Below are positions 37,903-47,104 of a stretch of DNA of 64,000 bases, piece by piece. The translations under genes and the position numbers were made by a program. Source of the DNA: Sulfurimonas sp. (GTDB taxonomy: Bacteria > Campylobacterota > Campylobacteria > Campylobacterales > Sulfurimonadaceae). The DNA lies in NCBI RefSeq assembly GCF_023229105.1, contig NZ_JALNZY010000001.1, forward strand, positions 1,938 through 65,937, given 5' to 3'. Numbering within the stretch: the stretch's first letter is position 1; every line of letters starts with the position of its first letter. The notes under the pieces were generated by a model, which was given only the letters and a program-made list of their open reading frames with translations, was not told where the DNA came from and did no database searches.

Positions 37903-40900
37903 ATGACATTTATTAAAAAAGTGTGGTCATTTTTAATCTCTATGAAATTAATGGCCGTTCTAATTCTGTTATTTGGAGCCGCAAGCGGCGTAGGAACGTT
38001 TATAGAAAATGATTACGGTGTAAATACTTCTTGGGCTGTTATATATGCAAGCAGATGGTTTGAGGCAATTCAGATACTGCTGGGAATAAGTATTTTGGGA
38101 AATATTTTTCGATATAAAATGATTCAGAAAAAAAAGATTCCTGTTCTTATATTCCACGTAGGATTTATAGTTATTTTAATAGGTTCTGGAATAACACGTT
38201 ACTGGGGTTATGAGGGCATAATGAATATACGTGAAGGTGCAACTGAACACCGCATGCTCTCATCTGATGCATTTTTGCAGATAGAGGCAAAAAAGGGCCC
38301 TAAAGAGTTTATAAAACATAAGGTAGTTTATGTCTCTGAGCTTGGGGGAAGAGACTTTAGCGAGAGTTTATATATTGACGATAAAGAGCTTAAGGTAACC
38401 TATAAAGGTTTTATAGCAAAAGCGGTAAAAACGGTTGTTGAAGATCCAAACGGAAAGCCTATAGCAGGACTTGTCATAATGACGCCTCAGGGACCTGAGA
38501 AGTATTTTATAAGCAGCGGAGAATCTTTTGATGTCGGTCCGCTTGCCGTATTTTTTGACAAAGAAGTCTCTGTAAACAAGCCTGTTATTCGCCTTATGAG
38601 CGAGGGAGATAAAATATCTTTTGTGGCTAATGTTCCTATCGGATGGACAAAAATGGCTGATAGAACAGAGGGCGTTTATGAAGCAGGCGTGAAGTACGCA
38701 TTTGATGCGGGAGAGCTCTATAATGTCAGAGGCGTTCAGGTAGTTGCCAAAGAAGTTTATGAGAGAGGTGCAGTCAAGGTTGTTGATGCAGATGAATATC
38801 AAAAAACTGCAAAACAGAATCTTAACATGGATAAAAACCCGCTATCTGCACTCGTAGTAGATGTTACATACAACGGAGAAACACGTGAGGTCGCTATGAT
38901 GGGTAAAGGAAAGCGTTATCAGGGCTTTACAGAGCTGCTAAATATGGATGATATAGAGCTTACACTAGAGTGGGGTGCAAAGATTTTAGAGCTACCGTTT
39001 GCGCTTAAGCTAAATAAATTTGTGATGCTAAAGTACCCAGGCTCGATGAGTCCATCCTCTTATGAGAGCTATATTACTCTGTTGGATAATAAAAACAGTA
39101 TAAAAGAGGATTATAAGATTTATATGAACAATGTACTTGACTATGGTGGATATCTCTTTTTTCAATCATCTTACGACAAAGATGAAAAAGGAACTGTACT
39201 ATCTGTAAATCATGACCCAGGAAAGTGGCCTACCTATATAGGCTATATAATGCTTGGAATAGGGATGTTTCTAAACCTTTTAAATCCAAATAGCTACTTC
39301 GGAAAACTTGCCCGCATGAAATATGAGTACAAGGCTGGAGTTGTTGCAGCAGTTGTGGCTTTTACAACACTTTTTGGCACGCAGCCTCTTGTCGCATCAA
39401 CTGCTGATGCCGGGCAAATTAAACATGTTGATGCAAACCATGCAAATCACTATGGGACTCTGCTTGTTCAGAGTCGTGACGGCAGGATTAAGCCTCTTGA
39501 TACGATGAGTATGGAGTATCTAAATAAAATTACTGCAAAAAGTAGTATGTTTGGACTCAGTCACAATCAGATAATTTTAGGCATGGCATCAAACCCTGAA
39601 GCTTGGAAAGAGGTGGAGATGATTAAAATCTTCCACCCGAAACTGAAAAAAGAGCTAGGAATAGAAGAGTCAAAAAACAGTTTTGCCTACAGCATAGTTT
39701 TTGATAAATTCGGTAACTATATTTTAGGTCCATTGGCGGAAGAGGCTCTTAGAAAACGCCCTGCAGAGAGAGGCACTTACGAAAAAGAGATTATTAAAGT
39801 AGATGAGAGAGTAAATGTCGCTTATATGGTATATTCAGGACGTTTTATGACCGTCTTTCCTTTAAAAGGAGATCAGACTCATAAGTGGTACTATCCTCAA
39901 GAGGCATTAGAAACTTTTCCTAGTGAAGCCGCAAATGAGGTAATGGCTCTTTTAAGAAGCAACTCTCTGGGACTCTCTAAAGGGTTGCAGAGTGGTAACT
40001 GGAGTGATGCAAACAAGGCAATTGACGACATTAAAGCATATCAGGTTAAGATAAACCCAGAGCTAGTAGCAGAAGATATGCTTATAAAAGCAGAGTTGTT
40101 ATATAACAAGCTACAAATCTTTGAGAGGCTTTACCCTATCTATCTGTTGTCCGGTCTTCTTTTGCTTGTGTTGATTTTTATCCGTTTAGCAAAACCTGCT
40201 CTAGACTTAAAAAGAGTTGTGCGCGTGATACTTGTTATTTTTGCAGTTGCATTTGTCGTTCATACGTTTAGCCTTGGACTTCGATGGTACATAGCAGGGC
40301 ATGCACCGTGGAGTAACGGATATGAGGCGATGCTTTATATCTCATGGAGTATAATTTTAGCCGGTCTCTTGTTCGCAAGGTCATCAGAGCTTGCAGTTGC
40401 AACTACAGGTCTTTTTTCGGGAATAACACTTTTTGTAGCACACTTAAGCTGGCTTGATCCTCAAATCACGACCATGGTACCTGTACTTAAATCCTACTGG
40501 CTGACTATACATGTATCTATAATTACGGCGAGTTACGGCTTCCTTGGGCTTAGTACACTGCTTGGCTTTATATCGTTGATATTTTATATTATGCTTGCAA
40601 ATAAGAGTAAACGTGAGCAGATTAGCGTTAACATTATGGAATCTACTCGTATAAGCCAGATGTCAATGATTGTGGGACTTTCTCTTCTTACGCTTGGAAA
40701 CTTTATCGGAGGTGTTTGGGCAAACGAGTCCTGGGGAAGATATTGGGGATGGGACCCTAAAGAGACTTGGACTATAGTTACAATCGCTGTTTATGTTTTT
40801 GCAACACACATGCGTTTTATCCCCGCACTCAAGTCAAACTTTTTATATAATGTAGTCTCCGTTATAGCGTATGCATCAGTCATTATGACTTACTTTGGAG

Positions 40901-41061
40901 TGAACTATTATCTCTCGGGTATGCACTCTTATGCCGCAGGAGATCCTGTTCCGGTACCAGAGTGGATATACTATGTTATCTCTGTAATAGTTTTAGTTAT
41001 TATCATGGCATCGTTAAATCGTGAAAAATTGGTAAAAGTAAAACCGATAATCACAAAGTAG
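37903..41061 (+). CDS. ccsA: fused system II cytochrome c synthase (CcsBA; NrfI/CcsA1/CcsA2 type)
   Basis: ResB-like N-half (FHVGF..ILIG, YPGS..PSSY); CcsA C-half with WANESWGRYWGWDPKETW (WWD domain) and GMHSYA. Confidence 0.95.
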   Translation: MTFIKKVWSFLISMKLMAVLILLFGAASGVGTFIENDYGVNTSWAVIYASRWFEAIQILLGISILGNIFRYKMIQKKKIPVLIFHVGFIVILIGSGITRYWGYEGIMNIREGATEHRMLSSDAFLQIEAKKGPKEFIKHKVVYVSELGGRDFSESLYIDDKELKVTYKGFIAKAVKTVVEDPNGKPIAGLVIMTPQGPEKYFISSGESFDVGPLAVFFDKEVSVNKPVIRLMSEGDKISFVANVPIGWTKMADRTEGVYEAGVKYAFDAGELYNVRGVQVVAKEVYERGAVKVVDADEYQKTAKQNLNMDKNPLSALVVDVTYNGETREVAMMGKGKRYQGFTELLNMDDIELTLEWGAKILELPFALKLNKFVMLKYPGSMSPSSYESYITLLDNKNSIKEDYKIYMNNVLDYGGYLFFQSSYDKDEKGTVLSVNHDPGKWPTYIGYIMLGIGMFLNLLNPNSYFGKLARMKYEYKAGVVAAVVAFTTLFGTQPLVASTADAGQIKHVDANHANHYGTLLVQSRDGRIKPLDTMSMEYLNKITAKSSMFGLSHNQIILGMASNPEAWKEVEMIKIFHPKLKKELGIEESKNSFAYSIVFDKFGNYILGPLAEEALRKRPAERGTYEKEIIKVDERVNVAYMVYSGRFMTVFPLKGDQTHKWYYPQEALETFPSEAANEVMALLRSNSLGLSKGLQSGNWSDANKAIDDIKAYQVKINPELVAEDMLIKAELLYNKLQIFERLYPIYLLSGLLLLVLIFIRLAKPALDLKRVVRVILVIFAVAFVVHTFSLGLRWYIAGHAPWSNGYEAMLYISWSIILAGLLFARSSELAVATTGLFSGITLFVAHLSWLDPQITTMVPVLKSYWLTIHVSIITASYGFLGLSTLLGFISLIFYIMLANKSKREQISVNIMESTRISQMSMIVGLSLLTLGNFIGGVWANESWGRYWGWDPKETWTIVTIAVYVFATHMRFIPALKSNFLYNVVSVIAYASVIMTYFGVNYYLSGMHSYAAGDPVPVPEWIYYVISVIVLVIIMASLNREKLVKVKPIITK

Positions 41062-41094
41062 ATATAAGCAAACAGATACCAAAGGAGAGAAGAG

Positions 41095-41691
41095 ATGAAA
41101 AAATGGTTTATGGCAGTTGCGATTGCTATTTTGACAGCGGGGTGTTCGACGCTTGAGGTACAGGTTGATTATGATCCGGAGTATAAATTCTCAAGCCTCT
41201 CTACGTTTAGCGTGGTCTATACAAACAGAAATGATGCGAGAGATTTTGACAGAGATCGCATCAGCAGACTGCTAGATGCGTATATGCAAGAGAAGGGGTA
41301 TATAAAGTCTCCTAAGAACAAAGCTGAGTTTTATATTACAATGCATCTTGATGTGCAAAAAAAGAGTCAGATGGAGACTAATTATGAGACTATCGGAATC
41401 AGACCTATACCGTATGTATATTATGGAGCAATGGGTCCCGCAGCTATTTATCCAAGAGGCTATCCTTCAGGAATGGTTACAGCAGAGCCTGATGTTAGGG
41501 TAACTACAAGAACTAACGAGTATGAAGAGGGCAAACTTATTCTAGAAGTTTTTGATGTCAAGGAAAACAGGGTTGTTTGGCAGGGTATAGCAATAGATGA
41601 GCTCTCAAAAGGTCATACGCAAGAAGAGAAAAACAACTATTTAAAAAAAGTTATTTCCGAGCTTTTTAAAGATTTTCCTGCAAAGAAGTAG
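41095..41691 (+). CDS. DUF4136 family lipoprotein
   Basis: Lipobox LTAGC; VDYDP...F, EYEEGKLILEVFD...VVWQG. Confidence 0.8.
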   Translation: MKKWFMAVAIAILTAGCSTLEVQVDYDPEYKFSSLSTFSVVYTNRNDARDFDRDRISRLLDAYMQEKGYIKSPKNKAEFYITMHLDVQKKSQMETNYETIGIRPIPYVYYGAMGPAAIYPRGYPSGMVTAEPDVRVTTRTNEYEEGKLILEVFDVKENRVVWQGIAIDELSKGHTQEEKNNYLKKVISELFKDFPAKK

Positions 41692-41695
41692 AGGC

Positions 41696-41729
41696 TAGAG
41701 TGGGTATCCTTTAAAGATATCCCAATCTA
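41696..41729. terminator. bidirectional terminator between convergent operons
   Basis: TAGAGTGGGTATC-ctttaaa-GATATCCCAATCTA imperfect stem. Confidence 0.55.
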
Positions 41730-41737
41730 TATATATA

Positions 41738-42595
41738 TTATAAAGAGGTAAATTTAGCTTCTTCTATAAGTACAGAGAAGTTGTACCCGTAACCGAGGTC
41801 GATGTCTGTTTTGACTATTCCGTTTGCAGTAACTGTGTCTCCTACTTGTACGGTTGAGTTTACCGCCGTTGCGATTATATCGTTTGTGCCTGCACTACCA
41901 GAGCCATCTTGAAGATGAATCCAATCCTTACCCATAATATTTTTAGAAATTTTGACTATCTTAGCATTTATTTTTACGCTTTTGTCTTTAAGGGCAGCTT
42001 TTTTTGTATATAGCTCTTCTATAGTGTATCCGCCTTTGTTTTTTGCTACAGAGATGGCAGCTGAATCAGGCTGCGTTACCGTTGCTGTTGTTGCAGGCTC
42101 TTTTGAGTGGTCGCAATTTGCATGAGCATCCTCTAGGGTCAATGTTTTAGCAGATGCATCTGTAGCACTTCCATCTGCGGGTACAATAGCACTTACAAAA
42201 ACTAACTGGTCAAAATGTTTATTTAACGACTTACTTGTAAAATCATTCATAACCATCTGCTCCAAGAACGAGATAGAGCTTCCAACAACAACATTTGTCT
42301 GTGGACCTGCTATCCAGTATATGTTTCCGCCTTCATCAACTTTAGCATAAGTGTAACCGCCGCCATTTATAGTCTCTAGTGCCTTTGCTATATGAGGCGT
42401 GTTTAACTGTACATTACCCTTAGCAGGTGCGTTTGCTTGTGCTTGCTCTGTGGCAGGCACGCCATACATACTTTTAGGAATACTCTCCTCGACACTTTTG
42501 CTTATTTGGGTTGAACTCTCTTGTTCTTTAGGCTTATCGCTACAGCCGTACATTAAAAGTGCGGCAACACTAATTGCTATTGATATTTTGTTCAT
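41738..42595 (-). CDS. NrfJ-like lipoprotein with C-terminal OB-fold-like domain
   Basis: Lipobox MYGC; ALETINGGGYTYAKV...YWIAGP (NrfJ-like); C-terminal VKINAKIVK...MGKDWIHLQDGSG...DLGYGY. Confidence 0.6.
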   Translation of the reverse strand: MNKISIAISVAALLMYGCSDKPKEQESSTQISKSVEESIPKSMYGVPATEQAQANAPAKGNVQLNTPHIAKALETINGGGYTYAKVDEGGNIYWIAGPQTNVVVGSSISFLEQMVMNDFTSKSLNKHFDQLVFVSAIVPADGSATDASAKTLTLEDAHANCDHSKEPATTATVTQPDSAAISVAKNKGGYTIEELYTKKAALKDKSVKINAKIVKISKNIMGKDWIHLQDGSGSAGTNDIIATAVNSTVQVGDTVTANGIVKTDIDLGYGYNFSVLIEEAKFTSL

Positions 42596-43343
42596 TTTGT
42601 TCCTTTAAAATTTTTTTATGTTCTTCATATCTTTTTTTTGCTGCTTCAAAAGTTTCGTTGGGGTTTTTACTTGCTTTGAAGTATTCTTCCATAAAGTTGT
42701 TGTAGTCAATCTCTTCTTGAGTTATTTTTTTGGCTTTTTTCTGGGCATCTTTTTGTTCTTGAGTTAGAACTAGAGGTAGAGCTTCTATAAGAATAGCTAC
42801 GGCATTCATCTGCTTCTCAGAGAGTTTTGAAGCCTGCCCATTCATCATGACTCCTTGACCGTAAGTATTTCTTGTACCTGCTTTATATTCCTTTAAATCT
42901 TTTACAACTTCTGTTGCACTCATTCCAGCAATCAGTTTGCTTACGCCAAGCGATTTTTTTTGACCCTTGTCGCCATGGCATACCGCGCATTTTTGAAAAA
43001 TCTCTTCAGCAGTCATATCTTTTGTCCGTTTAGGCTCTGTAGCTATTTTGACTATCGGAGCAAGAGATGCTATATAGCCAGAGAGTTCTTTTATATCTGC
43101 ATCAGAGAGTCGTTTTGCCTGTCCTTGCATCATGCTTCCGAGTCCGTATGTGTTCCTAGTGCCTGCTCTGTACTCTTGAAGTATAGCGGTAACCTCTTTT
43201 TGGTCCATGCCAGCAATGCTTTTTGTTAGATTTTGAGAGTGTTTTTCACCATTTTTTCCATGACAAGTCGCACATCTATCAAAGAGTTGTGTTGCGGAAG
43301 CTACAGTGGCGATTGAGATTAGAATAAGTAAAGCTTTTTTCAT
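42570..43343 (-). CDS. diheme cytochrome c (tandem c553-like domains)
   Basis: Signal peptide; CATCHG and CAVCHG, each followed by YKAGTR.....MM.GQA..LS. Confidence 0.9.
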   Translation of the reverse strand: MKKALLILISIATVASATQLFDRCATCHGKNGEKHSQNLTKSIAGMDQKEVTAILQEYRAGTRNTYGLGSMMQGQAKRLSDADIKELSGYIASLAPIVKIATEPKRTKDMTAEEIFQKCAVCHGDKGQKKSLGVSKLIAGMSATEVVKDLKEYKAGTRNTYGQGVMMNGQASKLSEKQMNAVAILIEALPLVLTQEQKDAQKKAKKITQEEIDYNNFMEEYFKASKNPNETFEAAKKRYEEHKKILKEQNEQNINSN

Positions 43344-43346
43344 CTT

Positions 43347-44090
43347 CTACTCCTCTGGAAGAACCGACTCTTGAATTTCAACTTGCCACTGCTCTTGATC
43401 TAAAATCAGTTTTGCTTCCGAGTTTCCGTTTAGGTAAGCCTCTTTTAAGAGATCCTCTGCCTCTTTTTTATCTTTGGCAACACCGTCGCCTTCAAGATAC
43501 ATTCTGCCAAGCGTATATTGAGCCTCTCCGCAGCTTTGCATTGCGGACTTGCTTAGATACTCTTTTGCTTTTTCTATATCCTTTTTAACTCCTTGCCCAC
43601 TTTTATACATATAGCCCACTTTGTTTTGTGCCAGTGGATAACCTGCATCGGCAACCTGCTTATATAGAGGAAAGGCTTTTGCATAATCCTGCTCTGCACC
43701 GTCACCTTTATAATATAAGTCCGCTAAATGAAGCGCCGATTTTTGATCACCTTTTTTAGCTGCTTTGGAAAACAGAGCGATAGCCTCTTTGTCATTTTGT
43801 TTTACGCCATCACCCTTGTGGTACATAACCGCGAGGTTATAAATAGCTTTTGCATGACCTTGATCTGCTGCTTTTTGGTACAACTTAGCGGCCATGGCAT
43901 GGTCTTTATCGGTAACAATTCCTTGATAATACATACCACCCAATGCAAACTGGCTATTTGCTTCCCCTTTTTCGGCTTTTATTTTTACGGACATAAAAGC
44001 TTTTTTATTCATATCAATCTTCTCTGCAGCAACGGCTGAGTTTAAAATCAGCAAAGAGTGCAGAAGAAGTATAAGCACTGTTTTTTTCAT
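43347..44090 (-). CDS. Sel1-like (SLR/TPR) repeat periplasmic protein
   Basis: Signal peptide; repeated A.QG.A.AQ..LG.MY..G.GV..D units; TGATATAAT promoter on the minus strand at 44128-44136. Confidence 0.92.
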   Translation of the reverse strand: MKKTVLILLLHSLLILNSAVAAEKIDMNKKAFMSVKIKAEKGEANSQFALGGMYYQGIVTDKDHAMAAKLYQKAADQGHAKAIYNLAVMYHKGDGVKQNDKEAIALFSKAAKKGDQKSALHLADLYYKGDGAEQDYAKAFPLYKQVADAGYPLAQNKVGYMYKSGQGVKKDIEKAKEYLSKSAMQSCGEAQYTLGRMYLEGDGVAKDKKEAEDLLKEAYLNGNSEAKLILDQEQWQVEIQESVLPEE

Positions 44091-44264
44091 AGTTATTCCT
44101 CGTAAATTACTTTGTCAGTAAGGGGTTATTATATCAGCAGTAAGTAAATTAATTTCTTAAAAATCGATATGCAGCTTTTTGTTTTGTATAAATAATAATA
44201 ATTATAAATAGAAGGATAATTATATGTTTATATTATATTTACTATTTAATTATTGTATGAAATA

Positions 44265-44281
44265 ATCACAAAAAAATCACA
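44265..44281 (+). promoter_or_regulatory. ATCACA-N5-ATCACA direct repeat, candidate regulator site
   Basis: ATCACAAAAAAATCACA upstream of the NapC/NirT gene; matches 29331-29347 at 16/17. Confidence 0.5.
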
Positions 44282-44378
44282 TTCAAACAAAGTTTATTCT
44301 TTTGCTCTATATTTAGTTTAAATTAATAAAGAAAGGTTAATAATTACAAGAAGTATACATAAAAGGGAAGAGGGAAAA

Positions 44379-45008
44379 GTGCAAAAAGATGATATGAGAA
44401 TAGAAAGAAAGAGAAAATACTCTTTTGGAATAAGGGTTATAATTGCTCTTATAGTAGGTGGAGTAGTTGTAGGGATGGGAACATCTTTTGTTACGGTCAT
44501 TGCAGTAAAGCATACGTCAGACGTAAACTTTTGTGGTTCTTGCCACTCTATGAAGCCTATGGCTGATGCTTATAGAAATAGTGTTCATGGTGGGTACGGT
44601 GATAGCGGTATTATGGCTACTTGTGCGGATTGTCACTTGCCACATGAATCTACTCTTGGTTATATGGTACAGAAGGTTAAGACCGGTATGTGGGATGTGT
44701 GGGTTGAGACTACGCACGATACTTCAAAAATTGATTGGCATGAGCGTCGCAGAGAGCGTCGTAACTGGGTTTATGATAGTGGATGTCTGCATTGTCATGA
44801 AAACTTATTACGCGGTACCCGACCAAATAAAAAGGCATTTACTGCTCATAAAGCCTATTTCTCTGAAAAACTTTTAGTTGAAGGTGAAGATGGGAAAGAG
44901 CGTGCAAAGTGTGTTGATTGTCACAGAAATGTAGGTCACTATCAACTAGAAAAACATCTTCCGCCACCGCCAGTGGAAGTATATAATGAAAATAATAAAA
45001 AGCATTAA
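44379..45008 (+). CDS. NapC/NirT family membrane-bound tetraheme quinol dehydrogenase (CymA/NrfH-like)
   Basis: GTG start; N-terminal TM helix; TSDVNFCGSCHSM, CADCHLPH, CLHCH, CVDCH..VGH. Confidence 0.93.
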   Translation: MQKDDMRIERKRKYSFGIRVIIALIVGGVVVGMGTSFVTVIAVKHTSDVNFCGSCHSMKPMADAYRNSVHGGYGDSGIMATCADCHLPHESTLGYMVQKVKTGMWDVWVETTHDTSKIDWHERRRERRNWVYDSGCLHCHENLLRGTRPNKKAFTAHKAYFSEKLLVEGEDGKERAKCVDCHRNVGHYQLEKHLPPPPVEVYNENNKKH

Positions 45009-45014
45009 GGAGAT

Positions 45015-45539
45015 ATGATGGAACAAAAATATATTAAACCAACTATTATTGTGGGTGTGCTTGTTATCATTATCATTCTGCTTGCTATGTCAAATGCTGG
45101 TGAAAAGTTTGTGCGTTTAGGAAAAATTGGGGAGCAGATTGCAACCAATCTTGCTAATGCAAGTCATGGAGATCCTCGTTCTCTTAAAGAGATGGACAAA
45201 GAACGAATAAAAGCTACTACGGGTAGCTCTCATACCGTAGATGTCAGTGAGTTGCCAAAGGCATTTCTCCCACTCAAAGAGCATGGGCATCCACCTTTTA
45301 CCCTGGGTGCGTGTAACGTATGTCATGCTTCAAGAACAGATAAGCCCGCTGCAATTACGACTCGTACGGTAGCTGAGCTTTGTTACACATGTCATTATCC
45401 AAAAGAGGAAATTGATAAGCGTATGGCTGCACTAGATTGTAATAAGTGTCACAGCCCTCATCACGCAGATAGGGAAAAACTTGTGCGAAATAAAGTTATT
45501 GAAAAAGAGTGTCCAGTAGGTGAATTTCAATCAAACTAA
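45015..45539 (+). CDS. membrane-anchored triheme cytochrome c
   Basis: N-terminal hydrophobic helix; CNVCH, CYTCH, CNKCH; HPPF.LGAC motif shared with the dodecahemes. Confidence 0.85.
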   Translation: MMEQKYIKPTIIVGVLVIIIILLAMSNAGEKFVRLGKIGEQIATNLANASHGDPRSLKEMDKERIKATTGSSHTVDVSELPKAFLPLKEHGHPPFTLGACNVCHASRTDKPAAITTRTVAELCYTCHYPKEEIDKRMAALDCNKCHSPHHADREKLVRNKVIEKECPVGEFQSN

Positions 45540-45583
45540 TAGTTTGATTGAAATTTGGTAGTTAAAAAACACGAGGTATAGTA

Positions 45584-47104
45584 ATGAAACAAAATATGAC
45601 AAAAATAATAATAACAGTGTTGGTATTAGCACTGAGTGTATTCTTATTTCAGTCATATGGTGTTGCTGATAAGCTGAGTCGCTTTGTTACTATAATGGGT
45701 AATATAACAAATAGTCTTAAAAATGCCAAACATGCCTATGAAGAGGTTAATTTTACTATAAGCGATGATGAATTAAAAGATGTCAATATCACTAAACTTG
45801 CCCAAGAGTTTAAAAGTTCTATTGATAAGAAAAAAGAGGCTCTTGTTCTTGCTATAAAAGCACCGCCAGAGATTCAAGTTGATGAGATTAGAGAAGAAGA
45901 GATCCCAACACACACTAAAACACAAACAATAAAAGCAAAAATTGTTAAGATGGAAGATTTACCTGCAAAATTCAAACCGCTTAAGCAGTATCTTCATGAA
46001 CCATTTAAGATGGGAGCATGCCAAATCTGCCATACATCAAAGAATAATAAACCCGGAGAGCTGGTTAAGAAAAATATTTCTGAGATATGTTATGAATGTC
46101 ACAAGACTCGCTACACAAAAAAGTTTGATCATAAACCTGCAAAAGATGGACGATGCATGGACTGTCATGATCCGCATCAGTCAAATACAAAAAAGTTACT
46201 AAAGGCTGAGTCTGTAAATACCCTATGTCTGAAGTGCCATGACCGCAAAAGCACATTCAGTGCAAAAGCAGAAAAGCTGTTTGTCAACATGGACTTGGCG
46301 GTTAAGCATAAGCCTATTGTAGAAAAGAGTTGTTTAGAGTGTCACGATGCACATACGGCAGATCACAAATCACTCCTTTCTCTTGATGCAAAGATGGATT
46401 TATGTTTGGATTGCCATGATACAATTAAAGAAAAAATAACTCATGCAAAGTTTAAACATGGTGGTGTAAATACAAGTGAGAAGCGCTGTTTAGAGTGTCA
46501 TGATCCGCATGCTACAAAACATGTTAAACTGCTTAAAAAAGACCCGGTTGCTACATGTTTAAAGTGCCATGACAAAGAAGTAAAGTCTGATGAAGACGGC
46601 GGAATGCTTATGAATATGAAAAAGCATCTAGACGAAAATCCAAATTGGCACAAACCAATAAAAGATGTTAAAAAAGAGGGAGGATGTTCAGCTTGTCACG
46701 ATCCACACGGTTCAGATAACTTTAGCATTCTAAGAAAATCTTTTACGCAAAACTTTTATGCTGATTTGGCAAATAAAGAGTTTTTTTGTTTTAAGTGTCA
46801 CACAGAGAAAAAAATTACAAAACAGTTTATCACTACTTCACAGGAGCACAATATTACTGCGTTTAGAGACGGCGAGGTAAATCTGCACTACCTACATGTA
46901 AACGATAGAAAAGGGCGTGCATGTAGAGCTTGTCATGATGAACATGCTTCTAAATACAAGCATCTTATAAGGGACTATACCGATTTTAACGGTATAAAAT
47001 TTCCGCTTAGGTTTAAAGAGAGTGCTGAGGGTGGTTCTTGTGCTCCTGCTTGTCATAAAGAGTTTGCTTATGACCGTGTTAATCCAAAAGGGATAGGAAA
47101 GTGA
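45584..47104 (+). CDS. membrane-anchored dodecaheme cytochrome c (11 CXXCH + CX3CH), paralog of 27103-28287
   Basis: N-terminal TM helix and ~110-aa heme-free stalk, then paired-CXXCH units ending GGSCAPACH. Confidence 0.92.
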   Translation: MKQNMTKIIITVLVLALSVFLFQSYGVADKLSRFVTIMGNITNSLKNAKHAYEEVNFTISDDELKDVNITKLAQEFKSSIDKKKEALVLAIKAPPEIQVDEIREEEIPTHTKTQTIKAKIVKMEDLPAKFKPLKQYLHEPFKMGACQICHTSKNNKPGELVKKNISEICYECHKTRYTKKFDHKPAKDGRCMDCHDPHQSNTKKLLKAESVNTLCLKCHDRKSTFSAKAEKLFVNMDLAVKHKPIVEKSCLECHDAHTADHKSLLSLDAKMDLCLDCHDTIKEKITHAKFKHGGVNTSEKRCLECHDPHATKHVKLLKKDPVATCLKCHDKEVKSDEDGGMLMNMKKHLDENPNWHKPIKDVKKEGGCSACHDPHGSDNFSILRKSFTQNFYADLANKEFFCFKCHTEKKITKQFITTSQEHNITAFRDGEVNLHYLHVNDRKGRACRACHDEHASKYKHLIRDYTDFNGIKFPLRFKESAEGGSCAPACHKEFAYDRVNPKGIGK

